A DNA stretch of 33,831 nucleotides from Asterionella formosa (Eukaryota): assembly GCA_002256025.1 (NCBI GenBank), contig NKIB01000289.1, positions 1-33,831 on the forward strand, read 5' to 3'. Each line of letters opens with the position of its first letter. Position 1 is the stretch's first letter. This document shows, piece by piece, positions 11,203 to 24,430 of this stretch. The position numbers and the translations under genes are program-made. Under the pieces are notes generated by a model that saw only the letters and a program-made list of their open reading frames with translations, searched no databases and had not been told where the DNA came from.

Positions 11203-11910
11203 ACACATGAAACTTTGTTCCAAATACCACACAACGTGCCAAGATTATACTAACGACAGCAGATCCTTTCATTCTGAATGCTTCGAAAGCGTATGAAGCC
11301 AAGGGCGACTTTCCCTTCAAATTTTTGACAAATAATCAAGACATTTTGCAAGGAACTGGTGCTCCTAGAATTTCCATTTGATGCTATTGTATATTTTGAG
11401 AGAAGGTTGTGGTGCGCACAGGAATCCATCATTGTTGTGTATGCAGGAACATCCTGATCGAAGGTTTAATATTTGTTGTTCTTGGACCAATTCACTGGAG
11501 TGCATCTTTGCTCACAATGCCACACGAAAAAGCGCTGGGTGACTCAATCTGAATGAATGGCAATCAGTAGATATAAAGAAGTTGCTGAAACAGTGGTATT
11601 GGAACTGCTGAAATGGGACTACTGGTACATAGTAATACTATTTCTCAGAGTATTAATTTAAAATTCAAATCAGAGCATTGAAATTTTAATTGCTAAATAG
11701 GCAATGATGCAAACACATTTGAAAGTAAGCCAAGCCAGCCCACCCTTCTTGTGCCTGCATGTAGCTAGATTGAAATCATCAGGCTATTTCTTGGCGGGAC
11801 GCAAATACAGACACATACATGCTTTTGTGTGTCTGTGTGTCAAATTTCATTGTCATTCATCAGAGCCAATACAATAGACAGCACAAATGGCCAATTTGCT
11901 TGTGGGACCA

Positions 11911-12365
11911 TGTTAAAGAATTACCTTTTAGTTGAGTCAGACAAAAAGGCTATATAAAGAGACGTTTGTTTCTCTTTCATTACTATAGTTTTATTGTGAG
12001 TTACTAAACTAGATAAGTTTGTCCAGTTTGAATAATCAAACGAAATATTGCTCCAAATGCTGTTTGCATTTGTTAGAACATACATTCATAAATAGACCCA
12101 TGTCTATCTCACATCTATTGAACATAGGTTTATAACCATTGATCATTGGATTCAATAATGGACCCATGTCTATCTCACACTTATCGATCCTAGTTTTATA
12201 ACCATTGATCATGGGATTCAAACTATCGGCCTTCCAAATAGTCAACTATATATTATCTGTCTCATCATGGCAGAATAATATTGTGTGGTTGATGAGAGCT
12301 TGGTACATCAAAAGTCGACTCGTTCGACTATTAGTCATGACTACGTATATGAGCTCACTCTGACA
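11911..12365 (-). mobile_element. Solo LTR related to 2820-3244, with internal 66-bp tandem duplication
   Basis: TGTTAAAG...CTCACTCTGACA; flanks ggacca/gggcca (5/6 match); duplicated unit gacccatgtctatctcaca... at 12095 and 12161. Confidence 0.88.
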
Positions 12366-15232
12366 GGGCCACACCAAAAACATTCCAAGAGGACATGCAA
12401 AACCCCCTCTCTGCTTTTCCTCGAATTTTTTCTTTATGTTGGCAGCACCAGAGTCAAATAGAACATCTATTTTTATTTTTATTAGACTACCATGACTAGA
12501 AATGTTGTGTTCCCACGTTCCCACCCAATAATATATTTATATTCTTATCATCATTTTTTTTATTAACAATTTTGTTGTTGCGTTGACTGTTGTTGTCGTT
12601 GTGTTCCTGCACCTTGTTATTATTAGCTGTGCTGCCTCTTCTCCTAGAATTGCATATCCTTGCCTACCATCTTGAATTCAAAAGTGATAAGTAAGGAATG
12701 ATCTTTTTGATTCTAAATTAATCATGGAACCATATCATATAACTAACTCATCTAACTAACCCTGCCAAAAATCCTTATTTTTATTTGGGGAATCGCTTGA
12801 GAAGTGTCAGAAGGCATGTCAACTCAACAAAATTAATGACTTGGAGAAAAAAATTCCTCGGATCACGTTGGGACCTTTGCCGCTTTGTATTCTTGAATGC
12901 ATTTCTTGTTGTAGCCCTGGTTGAATAACTTGTAATGAATTTCGTGTTCTGGATGCTGGAACATACAGATTTGATGGATTCCGAGTATATTGTAGGCCTG
13001 ACAGAGGACGAAAAATAATACAACACCAACGCCTGTACATTCCAATCACCAGGAGCTGCTACAACCATTGGAAGGTGACAGAAAGATTTAGCTGGGATGA
13101 ATTCTGATTATGGCAGTCCTGTTGCATAAATCAGTTGATTTTGAGCTCATGGTTATGACACTCTTGGAGGGCGCCAACCATCCAATTGCAACTACTAGAA
13201 CCAACAAAACAACTGAAACTTAGTTAAACAAAGATGACAAGGATGACAAGATACTTTTCAATGATAGCGTTGCTGGGGACAAAATCATTATGCCTTTGGC
13301 CACAAGTGTTGGTTTTATGGTGGCATACTTTTTATATCCTTCTTTTACATCTAAATCTCAAAGACAGCAATAAATAGAGCCTGAGTATGGAAGTAAGGGT
13401 GCAATCGAGATGTTGGTGAAAAAGGATGATTGGAATGAATCTTCTGGATGAGGCATAAGTTGAAGTAGCCTGTTCAAAGTTTAAATACGAGTTTTTTTTC
13501 TTTTAAAGTGCGTCTGCAAATAAAAAGTATCATACATATAGGATCAAGTGTGACGTACGCTAAGTGGCACAGTATTTTCGTATAAATGATAATTTTTGGA
13601 TCAAAACTTGTATGATCAAGGTATCTTGTAGCTATGATGATTTATTAATATATTACTGACCTTGAAGTATAATGATAATAAGAACATTATCATCACACAA
13701 TGTTTATCAACTGATCAACAACATTACTCATCAACATCATAAACCTTCTCATATTATTTTCAATTCTCGTGATTGCCTGATTTAAAATATTACCACAACG
13801 CATCCTAAAATTTGCTCAACTCTATGCTGTCATTTAAATTGTTTCATCGTAAATCTATTGTAAACATGATGATAATTCTAATCACAAGCATTGTTCAAAA
13901 TAGATTGAAATGGATCGTATTTTAACTATCAAATTTAGCAATGCTATCTATTATTCTACATGCCAGCGACCCAACATTTCTCTCTCTACTCGGCTCAATG
14001 TATATTGTTCCTGTCTCGCCCTTTTCTTCCTCTTTTCTGAATCTTGTGCCAAGCAATGCCTTACTAATGTTGCGTCTCTCTCCCTGCTGTTAGTGTCATT
14101 CTGAACTCGCCGACTATTCCGTTGTTTGATCAGTTTTATTGTCCTATGCAGTTACAGTAACAATGAGAAGGAATGACTTGTTAGCTAGACATGTTACACT
14201 GACACAACATCACGCCATTCCATCGTATCCTCTTGCTTGCTTCATTTACCACAGCCAAATCAAAGCAAGTGATGTATAAGTCTGTAATAGTAAATTGTCA
14301 GTAAATTCTTGAATAAGTAAGTTTCAGGTTTCCAATGTTGCCGAATAAACTTACCGATTCATTTTCGTTAGCTTATCTTTGTTGGTAAACGTGGCGTGTC
14401 CGTCAGTTATGTTCCATCAGAAGTGAATAATTCCAACAACAAGAGCACTTACCAATTCTGTTTTGTTTTACATTGGTGCTCCCCAACAAGCGAAACGAGC
14501 TGTTGATTCAACTGAGAAAAAGGAAAGGTGCGTTTAGTTTACAATTTGTTGTTGTCCTGCCTCCCAACGATTTTCATCCAAGTACCACATTGATGGCTTC
14601 ATTACCTTAAACATACTCCATCCTTCGAAGGCGCAATGTGTCGAAGCCACAATATTATTCGTTATTGCGTCAAACTTTCCTTTCTTGTCATGTGATTTAC
14701 GATATTTCTTTTCATGAAGCAGACATTGTTTGTTAACATGACAGAACGATTTCAAATATATTTGCCATGTATATAGTTATAAAATTTGTAAATATATAAA
14801 TATATCAAGTGTTGTACATTTATAAAAATCAAAGGCACTCTCAATATAGAACGTCTGGTATTGTTGAGATGATCATATTCGCATAAAGATAATTCGAAAA
14901 TATTCAATGCACGATATGTCCATTGCTTTGCACGACTTAGTGTACCAGTACTGTTTTTCTGAAATTTCTTCTCATCAATATTTTCTACGTCTGTTGGAAC
15001 TAATTATTTACCGGCCGACCAATCAATTGGTGTACTAAATCATAAACCATTTGTATCATTTTTTATATGCGAGGATTTTGGTAGCAAATTGCTTAAGCCC
15101 CTTTTTTGGGCGGGAGTTCTTCATGTGTACCGGTACATCATACGACGATAACATTTTATCTTATATATACAGAGTACCAGTAGCAGGTAGGAAGTGATAT
15201 ACTGGGGGTACCAGGTAGTCAGAGTACCAGGT

Positions 15233-15690
15233 ACTAGTAAGCGAGCAACAGAACACCATATGTTCATAACTGTTGCGACTGCAGTGGGACAGTAAATCAT
15301 CACAGTTTTCGGATCGTATGATCATAAAATTGAAAAAGAATAGTCTGAGCAGTGAGCAAGCAACAGAGCACCATATGATCATGACTGCTGCGACTGCAGC
15401 AGGACATTAAATCATCATTTTTTTAGGATTGTATGATCATAAAATTGAAAAAGAATAGTCGGAGTAGTAAGCAAGCAACACAACACCATATGTTCATGAC
15501 TGTTGCTACTGCAGCGGGACCATAAATCATCATAGTTTTAGGGTTGTACGATCGTGAAATTGAAAGAGAGTAATCAGAGTAGTAATCGAGCAACAGAACA
15601 CCATATGTTCATGACTGCTGCTACTGCAGCGGAACAGTATATTGTCATATTTTTACACTCGTATAATCCTATAATTGAAAACAAGATATG
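15233..15690. repeat. Tandem repeat, 115-bp unit, ~4 copies
   Basis: gcaaca...caccatatg.tcat.actg.tgc.actgcag recurs at 15245, 15360, 15475 and 15590. Confidence 0.95.
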
Positions 15691-15791
15691 CTATTACTCA
15701 AACTCGGTTCTGATTTTGTATCGTATGATAATGTAAATAGCACTGTTGGTTTTATGGTATCATATCTAGACAGCGTAACATATTATACGTA

Positions 15792-17680
15792 GTGGCTGAT
15801 GATGCATTTCATTGTAGCTTGCAACACCTGATTCTAAGATCATCGAACTTTAAGGAAGAGAAGGACAACACTTATCGAGTAGTACAAGCAATGTCCTCAA
15901 AATACCATAAAAAGGTTCATGGAAACAAGCGACATGTGGCAAATACTGCCGGTATGGAACAAAGAAGCAAGTACCAAAATGAGTTAACAAAGAAAAAGCA
16001 AATAGGCAATTACCCAAAGGAACCCAATCGGCGACAAGGAATTAGTGGGGTTGCTACCCCATCATCTATGGGGACACCATCAGCTAATAGTACAAAGGCT
16101 CCCGTAATTGATACTGAAAGCGATGATGACGTTTCTAAAATGGCTCCTGTCGATGATGATGATGATACCATTAATAACTCCCGGATGCAGATGGACGACA
16201 TGGTACCATACCATAAATTTTCTAATCGCACAGACCAACAAGTACATGACAAACTGAGGGAAAAACATTTTGCACTTGCCAAAGGATATTATCAATTGGT
16301 CAATAAACTCAATCACTACAAAGTCGCGTCGTAATTCGGTTAAAAACTCGTCCATACGAGGTTGTCAAGAATCTTCAATTTCAGCAGCCTTATCAGAACG
16401 TCGTTTCCGCTTAGCTAAAATTGAACCGAACTATCAATTGTAACAAAGGTTGTGAGTTTTATTTTCAAGACCAAGAAGTTTTGCTGTGAACATGTAAGTT
16501 TGAGGTTATAGTTCGCAAATTGGAGGTACTGTAAAAAGGAATATCAATCTAATGTGCTTTTTTCTGGTCCCAAAAGAGAATCAAACATCCCGCCCTGCCT
16601 ATCTGGTCCAAGTAGTGGTATGAAAAGCATTTCCAATCACAAAAAGGATTGGTTTGCCCAATGTTGCCTAACTTGTCTATTCACAGTGAAATCGGAGTTA
16701 GGCAAAGAAGTGGAGAGTGACCCAGAGCTTGCCGATTTCATATGGAATGGTTCTGATGCACTACTTCCAGTGAATCAGACCATTGAATGTACCAACAAGG
16801 CATGTTTAGATTATTTTAAATCAAAATTTGGAGTCATGTGCATTAAAAAGTTGAGAAAATGTCAGAATGTAATGAATAATCAATTTAAAGGAATCTGGGT
16901 AAGTTCTTGCAGGGCGGTAGATTCTCTGAAAGCATGATGTTTTGAGTCGGTGATTTTATTCTTATCAATTATGTTTGAATTAAAAATCCAGAATATGGAT
17001 ATTGATAACTTTATTAGGTGAGCGTTCACGCTTTATCGTTTTGCGCAGTCAAAGGACATTGACAGGGGAAGCCAAGGATAGCAAGTCTGGCGTGATATTT
17101 GCTCCAGTGTATTTTATAGGCAGGACAAGCCATGGAGAACCATTTGTAACAGGAGACAAATCTGGTGTGACCAGGCCAAATTTCAACTAAGTCTTCGGGC
17201 AAAATGTGAATTGCAATCACGTTTTGTTGGTTCGCTGATCAATGCCAGTACAGAAGCCTTTTGCTTCTTGGTGCTGAAAGGAAAATTCCAATTGCAACAA
17301 AAATATTTGGGTTTCTATCCCGATATACAGGAAATTTCAGAGAAGGAACGATATTCGTCATTCTACTGATTTTGTCGACATTGGTGGGAAACCACTTATC
17401 AAAAAAAGTCTGAGAGAAGAAAGTTCAGTTTCAATTGGTCTCACTGATCAATGGACTGACGATTTAATCGATCTGAATATGGAAGGAAACCTAGTGGAAT
17501 TGCTACTTCCACAACAAATATCATCTACCCACACTCATACTTATTTCCCAATGTAAGTGAAGAGGATATGCATCAATATGTTGAACCAATTCAATCAAAT
17601 GTTCCTGAGAAAAATATTGATTACAATGAACGCATTAATCAACTGGACATTGATGACAACATTGATTTTGAATGGATCTA
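15792..17680 (+). pseudogene. Fragmented, probably intron-containing gene; likely a decayed DNA-transposon accessory ORF
   Basis: Consecutive plus-strand ORF pieces (15792-16334, 16554-16937, 17002-17190), GTAAGT donor-like sites near 16494 and 16899, and an STEAFCFLVL motif near 17247. The TE assignment is inference. Confidence 0.35.
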
Positions 17681-18980
17681 ATAGAATCCAATGCATGCTT
17701 AGTAGTTACATAATAAATATAGTTAGTTTGAGACTTCTACAGTGCACAAACCATATCATAGATGTTAGAAAAACATTGATGTTGCTCTATACAATTCAAT
17801 TTTTTTCTTCAAACTTCGTTCCCGACTCAGTGCATCAACTGCATTAGCCAGCATCACATCTCTGTCTGCATTGATCTTCTTGATTTCGAGGTCTTGATCT
17901 AAATCGAACTTTTTCTTGAATATCTTCTCTTTTAGAAATGCAATAGTTTCTCTGCTTTCATGATGTTCTGGACGAATAGTGCGACATATTCTTTGGTTTT
18001 GCAACTTTTCAACCGTTTCTATTTCAGAAGTTAAGTCTCCCACATTTCCGCCGGTATTTTCATTCATCGCATGATTTTTCATCAAATGAATGAGAATCAC
18101 TGAGTTCTTCTTCATTATCAGCGATTTCAGGAGAATTAGGAGAAAAATACGACACTGGATGGAATCTGCGAAGAACAACGGTTTGGGTTTCCTCTTCGAA
18201 AGCAATCTTTTCTTTCCTTCTTTTCAATCTCTGCCACTATTGTATCGGCATACTTCATTATTTTTTCTGAAGTATTATGAATCTGTTCAATTCATTTGTT
18301 ATTTGAGTGTATTCAAAGGAATCTTCGATTGATTTCATAAGTTTCTTCATCTTCTTTTCCGAAAACATTGAGTCGTGTAGTGTACACAATGGAAGTAAAA
18401 GTCACGTTTCTTGTTTGACTTTTACTTTGCATGATATCCATGAAATGCCATTTGGAAAACAAGTTGTCAAAGGGCCAGAAGACTATGATGTAAAACAGTG
18501 GAAGCTTTTTGTGGCGCTTGTGGAGGTGCAGCTGGTGTGATGGTAGGCGAGTGTAGTAATTGTTGAACAGAGCACAGCAGTGTAATATGCATGTTCCGCC
18601 AGCTTAGTGTTTACACAATACACATGCCGGCATAAATATAGCTATAACAAGGAAAAACGACACGACAATGAACGTGATGGCTGGTTGTTGAGGATACCGG
18701 TATGTGATATGCATCAATCCATATCACAAATCATATAATAGTGATGTACATATTAACGCATCCAATACTTAGATCCTATCCACCATATAATACTATCATA
18801 TTAAGTGTTGGCTTTTACTGTATACATTAAAAGTCGAAGTAACATAATTATGATTTATTTATTTATCTTCTGTGATGTATCGATAACACTTGCGTACATA
18901 TTTTATCGTATTTCTTTGTCATTGTATTATGTTAACATGATCATATTTTGATCAAAATTATGTCATAAACATTTTAAGAA

Positions 18981-19135
18981 ATCATCACAGTTCAATGATC
19001 AATGCATCATAGCTTTGTGATATACTTTATTCAATATTACGTATCATACTTTGGTGATGTATGCATCGATGTAACTCTATCGTGATATCACATTATCATC
19101 TTGTCAATCCTTCAATGTTGATTGGGAACTGTATT
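18981..19135 (+). repeat. ATC/GAT-rich dispersed repeat, copy 2
   Basis: Direct repeat of 9027-9184. Confidence 0.9.
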
Positions 19136-19342
19136 CTCACAATCAATTTTTCTTTTAAGTGGGGGGAGGGGTGATTTTTTGGTTTTCAATTTAGTGATGC
19201 TAATGTATTCATTTTTCAAAAATAGTGAAAAATTTTAAAAGCTAAGATTGCCAACACGGTGGTACATAAGATTGCCTGGCGGGACACATGAGTTGGCACA
19301 AACCATCGCCCAAAAGCTATGTATTTTTGTCGATAATGAGTC

Positions 19343-20330
19343 ATGACGTTAAAACGTAATAGTGTTTCCATTGATACAAAATTAGCAGCAAGAAAGCTTC
19401 GCGGTGAAGGGAATATTGTTAGAGAAGTTGCTTTTAAACTCGCCATAAGCATTGAAACTGTTCAAAAAGCAAAGAAGAAGAAGGAGAATTTGCTGATGAA
19501 AGGAAAATCGATGATATCAATGAAAGTGGCTTGTCTTAATAGTGATACAGAAACCATCACAGTATTGTGAAGATTGTTTTGTAATGCTTGCGCAAATGGA
19601 TATTCAATTAGTGGACCCATCCTACAAAGCAATGCTTTATCGAATGCCAAAGCATTCGAAGCAGATCATCATTTTAAGGCATCTAATCAAGGCTGGCTTA
19701 AAAAATGGAAGAAAAGACACAATGTCGAATCCTATGCTATTTGTGGAGAGTCTGTGAATGTAGACATTGATGAGGCTGAAGAATGGAAAGCTTTCTTGGG
19801 CGATTTATGCGATCTGGCTAAGAAATTGCGGGTTAAAGATGAAATGAAGTTTATGGCTACATCCTGGGGAAATGTTACGACTGAATCACTTCACAAAATG
19901 CTTTAAATTTTATGGGTTTCGATAAAGTCTGTAATGAAGAATATGTATCAGCACCAGAGGAAACTGACAATGAAGTGGAGGAACTGATGGAGAGGCTTGG
20001 AGAAGTGGATGTTTATTATGTACAAAAACGTTTTGTTGAATTTGCAATCCTATTTGCTGAATCTTTAATTGAAAGTTTGGTTGCTGAATATATTGATGAA
20101 GGGGATGAGCAAGATGACAATGACTTGGATAAAGGCAGTATTATTGTAGCAATCAGTGATGTGTCCAATAAGGTTCCTATAACCTCATGAGATGCATTGC
20201 TTGGTGTAAAAACAGCACTGATGTATGTAACATAAAATGATTTATTTCAGCTGCAGCATCCATTGCTTGAAAAAATTGACTCTGCTCAAAAACAAGGTCT
20301 CATTCTAGACTTATTCAGCCTCCAATGGGG
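19343..20330 (+). pseudogene. Tigger/pogo (CENP-B-like) transposase remnant lacking the DDE core
   Basis: N-terminal HTH (KRNSVSIDTK...REVAFKLAIS.ETV) and Tc5-type HTH (ISGPILQSNA...FKASNQGWLKKWKKRHNV...ICGES..VD) join directly to the post-catalytic SWGNVT...GF motif and an acidic tail. In-frame stop at 19568-19570. Confidence 0.88.
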
Positions 20331-20515
20331 TCTTTTTTCTTCCAAATGAAAATCAAAATTTTAATAAACTGCAAATGAGATGTTTCAAGCTTCCTGCCTT
20401 GTTTTGGGCGCATGCTGTACACATTGAATCCTGGTACTGTAGTAAGTACAAAACAGCGCCATACTTACAGGAGCAAACAAGGTGCATCTTAGCTATGTAT
20501 AGGGAGGTTCCATTG

Positions 20516-21213
20516 GAAGGTGCGGTAATTGCGCCAACTGCGCTCTTTTTTTGGTCTCAGCCCGCCTGCAGGGCTTCGAAACCACAACGGCCCGATGGAG
20601 TCGGCTGACTTTCTAGCCAATGGTTTTTTCTAGAGTAAATTCAAATTATAACCGTAATTACAAAAAGGTAGTACCTGCTAAACCAAGCCAACTTTCAGTG
20701 AGCTAACATGTATGTTGTACTGGTAGCTTCAGGATGCAGCCAGCCATATAATATTTTTTTAGTGAAAACAAGATTTCGGACATGACTCCACATTGATAAA
20801 ATCTGGGCAAGCTCCTGCCTTTACCTTTAACTATTTGAAAATGAAATAGTTCATGGCAATGAGCAACTTTTTTAGCTATGAGCAAATATTTGAGGAACTG
20901 AGCAAATTTATTTAGCAATGAGCAATTCCTCTGAGTAATGAGCAAATGCTACTATGAGCAATGAGCAAATGCTGTGAGCGATGAGCCAATGCTATGAGCA
21001 GTAATGAGCAAAACTTTTTCGTGTAGTGAGCAAATTGGAGGGTTTGTTAAGGAGGGAACGCTAAATCACTAAGTACGGTTATAATTTATATTTACTAAAA
21101 AGGGCGTACATGGATAGGACGCCAGCCGACTCCAACAGTTGTTCATACTTGCAAAGCCCTTCAGGCCAGCTGAAAGCAAAAAAGCGCGCAGTTGGCGCAA
21201 CTACCGCACCTTC
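20516..21213. mobile_element. MITE/foldback element, 698 bp, ~142-bp imperfect TIRs
   Basis: GAAGGTGCGGTAATTGCGCCAACTGCGC... matches the reverse complement of ...GCGCAGTTGGCGCAACTACCGCACCTTC. Similarity extends to aaattataaccgta/tacggttataattt. No coding capacity and no TSD seen. Confidence 0.88.
20860..21035 (+). repeat. Cluster of TGAGCAA-type short motifs inside the MITE
   Basis: More than ten exact or one-mismatch copies, irregularly spaced. Confidence 0.85.
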
Positions 21214-23825
21214 GTGTAGTGAATGTATGATACTTGTAAGTACGTGGGGCCAACCACAACTTTCCTCAGCGTGGTGATGTACAGCTGAACCGTCTGACCT
21301 ACATACCTACAGTAAAATAAATATACCACGCAAGTACCAGTACAGTCATTTTTTTGCATTTCATCATTTGACATTGCATTCACAGGTAATGAGCTTTTTT
21401 AAGATGTCATCAGACTCTCGTGGCCATCTCTGGTTTGGTGGTTCTTGATTTCACTTTCGGCTTCTTGTTTGCCAGAAATTTCGGCGACTGCAATTTACCC
21501 GTAATGACCAGTGCGTAGTCCGAGTATTTTCCGTTTTACCGCACGCCGTCATCAGCACGAAACGATTCTAGCCCTCCCCCCTCACAGCTCCAATTATCGT
21601 GGTCCGCTCATGATCAAAGAACGCTGCTCCTCGACGATGAAGAAGCCCGTACATAAAATACCCCAGCAGTCTTCGTGGGCGGGCCGCTGGTAGACTACCT
21701 TTATATGCCGGTATACCTGTTAGCTATAAGGGGTCCACAAAATTTGGGTTTTGGTGTCGTCATTTGTTTGACTTCTCTCTTTTTCATTCATTCCGCCTTT
21801 AAATGATTGCAATGTTCATGCCACAGCACCAAAGGCAATCCGCAACCCTCTCCCATCTCTCAAAATAAAACCGTGCTTCAAATAAAGGTACGTGCTCAAT
21901 GTTTCACTCCCCCTCCCCGCTCAGACAAACTAGAGTTCTCGAACAAATGGAAACGAAATCGACCGATTGACACCAAATTGTGTTGTCGGAGGTTCCATGT
22001 TCCTTTCTTCAATGTTGAGAACTTCATATCGATGAGCCAAAAGAAACACGGGAATTAAAGCATCCGGATCGTCACCGCTATCATGAACCTTCTGGTGTTC
22101 CCTTCGTTAGGAGAGAGCGCCTCATGTGAAGGTCTTTCATGACGAAGGCAATCCAACAGTTACTCTAGTGAAAGGAAAGAGTTGATACTCACTCGTTTTA
22201 ACTTTCTTCTCTTTTTGGTGACATAGTGCAGTCACAATGGCGACGAGTTTATCAAGAGTCACGTTTGTTGACAAGCAAGCGCACTACTATACGAATGCAT
22301 GCAAACGCTTCGGGGATGGTAGCGATTGGCCTAGTCGTTTTTTGGTTACTATAAAACAAGTAGATCAAACCGAGTTTGTGAGCAACAACTTGGGTATAGT
22401 CTCCCTGGAACTGATACTGCTTTGGAGAAAGTACAAAAAGGCAGTTGCCAAAATTCGAACATCGAAAAATTGAGCCACATGAGGATCCTGCTAGTTGCAA
22501 ATGTACTTTATAGTCTTGGTTTTTTTTAATAGCAGATAACTCTTTCTGATATGAACAAGTAAAAAGATTATGGAAATGTTGACCAGTTTGGTTTGGGCAT
22601 AGTGCATGTTTTATTTAGATTTCCCAAGGTGATCAGCAACAGGATAATGGTATGCCCTACATTTTATTTAAGCGTTATCTTTCATTTGTTCTGGTATTGT
22701 AGTGACCACTACATTCTACCTGGTAGGAAGTGTGTGTTTCTCTAACTAGCTTGATAGCAACTTGTTGGTCAATTTTCTGTCAATTTCATACAGAGGGATG
22801 AGGCTTCACATCCCAATACATGATCATAAGATACAAGATGACATGATTTTGCAATTCAAGGTCGACCCTTTATTAGTCTATAGCTGGTAAAGTGTATAAA
22901 CAAGATAATAGTTATTCATATTGATTACAAAAACTAAAACTGTCATTCTATCAACCAGCCAGTTATACATATATTTTCAAAATTCAAATTCTGGCAATAT
23001 GTTTGGCTGGCATATTGTGTCTATCAAATAAGTCATTACTGAGTGCGCAGCATACATACTGGGACATGGAATAAGGAATCTTGACTCTTGACACTCAGAA
23101 TTGAGATTGGGGTGGAAAACACCCCCAAAGGGGGTTTGGAAACTGGTTTTTCAGAAAACCATTCTTAAATTTAGATTTTTATAAAATTGAAAATAACGGG
23201 CCAGCGTGAAACCATTAGCAATTTCTCAATGTTGAATTAAAAATACCGGAGGATTCGAATTGGAGTGCCTGCCGGCACCAAATTTCACTGTCGGCAAAAT
23301 GACCGCAACTTGCAGGCATCATCAGGTAGCTAGTACCATATACACAACTGCCCTAGTACCATCATACGTTGAACACTTCCGTCAACCGCCGTAAGGGACC
23401 ATCCAAAGCAAAAATGGAATATGGTACATCGCTTGCATTTCAATGAATTACCTGAAAACAGGAAAGAATCTTCGGCTAAGGCAAAGGAAGGCTTCCATGC
23501 ACAGAATCCACCTTTGCATGTCCTGCCCTCTCTTGGTTCTCAATCATTGTTTTCTATTTCAAATCCTATCACTCATTTGCAAGGAATCCATGATTCTGAA
23601 TCCTGTGTAGAGGTGCTGATCCCAACACCCTTCGAATCCCATCATTACTCAAGATCTTCAATTCTTCTCCTGACACTTATATCATTTACCCTCAAGTTCT
23701 GGGCGTTCCTTTCAGTTTCACTCCTCATCTACAATGCTCTGACTACATTTCAACAGATACTGCACAGGAATCTTCTTTGATTGCATGTCTACATAGCCAA
23801 ATATCAAGTGTGATCTTTCTCCATG

Positions 23826-24430
23826 GCCTGATGGCGGTATCCTTCTTTTGCTGCAAGATCAGGTTTGCAAAACCCATACTGGTGGTACTCTTCTACTCTG
23901 TGATCATGCTTGCAAAATTGCTGATGGGGTTCAGCTTCTATTCCAAGATCATGTTTGCAGACCGCCTGATATTTCTTTTGCCTTGCCTGTTTATTAAAAA
24001 TGTCCAGACTACATTGCTGATCAATCTTTGATAACAAATTATCATAGACTTACGCAATATCTCAAGTATGATATGTCCCAGTTGCCTGATGGTGGTACTC
24101 TTTGGCTCCAATATCATGTTTGCAAAAATTTAATATGCATCTCGTTTCTCCCACTCTCTGATTGTGCAGATTGCACTGCTCTATTCCAGGATAGCTACTC
24201 TCCTGCTCCAAGATCATGTGTGCAAAACCTCAATTTGCATCTCATTTATCCCACTTTCCAAAAGTGCAGATCACACTTCTTCATTCCCAGCTGCAAAGCT
24301 TACCTTTGACAATGCTCATCAGTGGTGACTTCTACCAGAATTGCAGTTGCACCTATCTATGCATACTGGCATGAATCTACCACTCAGCCCTAGTTTGGAG
24401 AAATACTCCCTTCCAGATCATGTGTTGTTT
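23826..24430 (+). repeat. Irregular repeats of CAAGATCATGTTTGCAAAA, including a ~100-bp tandem duplication
   Basis: Copies at about 23854, 23902, 23944, 24109, 24209 and 24414. Confidence 0.75.

Noticed and set aside
11893..11910. TGGTCCCACAAGC after the solo LTR as a PBS
   Set aside because: Better explained as the TSD (ggacca/gggcca); no gag follows.
12036..12245. ORF with a 22-aa repeat
   Set aside because: By-product of the 66-bp duplication in the LTR.
14100..14755. Possible Ulp1-like protease (KPSMWYLDE)
   Set aside because: Catalytic His/Asp/Cys motifs could not be traced.
15233..15690. CRISPR array
   Set aside because: Whole units repeat with no unique spacers, no cas genes, and a eukaryotic context.
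23109..23160. Short hairpins (GGGGTG/CACCCC, GGTTTT/AAAACC) as Helitron end or terminator
   Set aside because: No CTRR terminus at the expected distance; short stems arise by chance.
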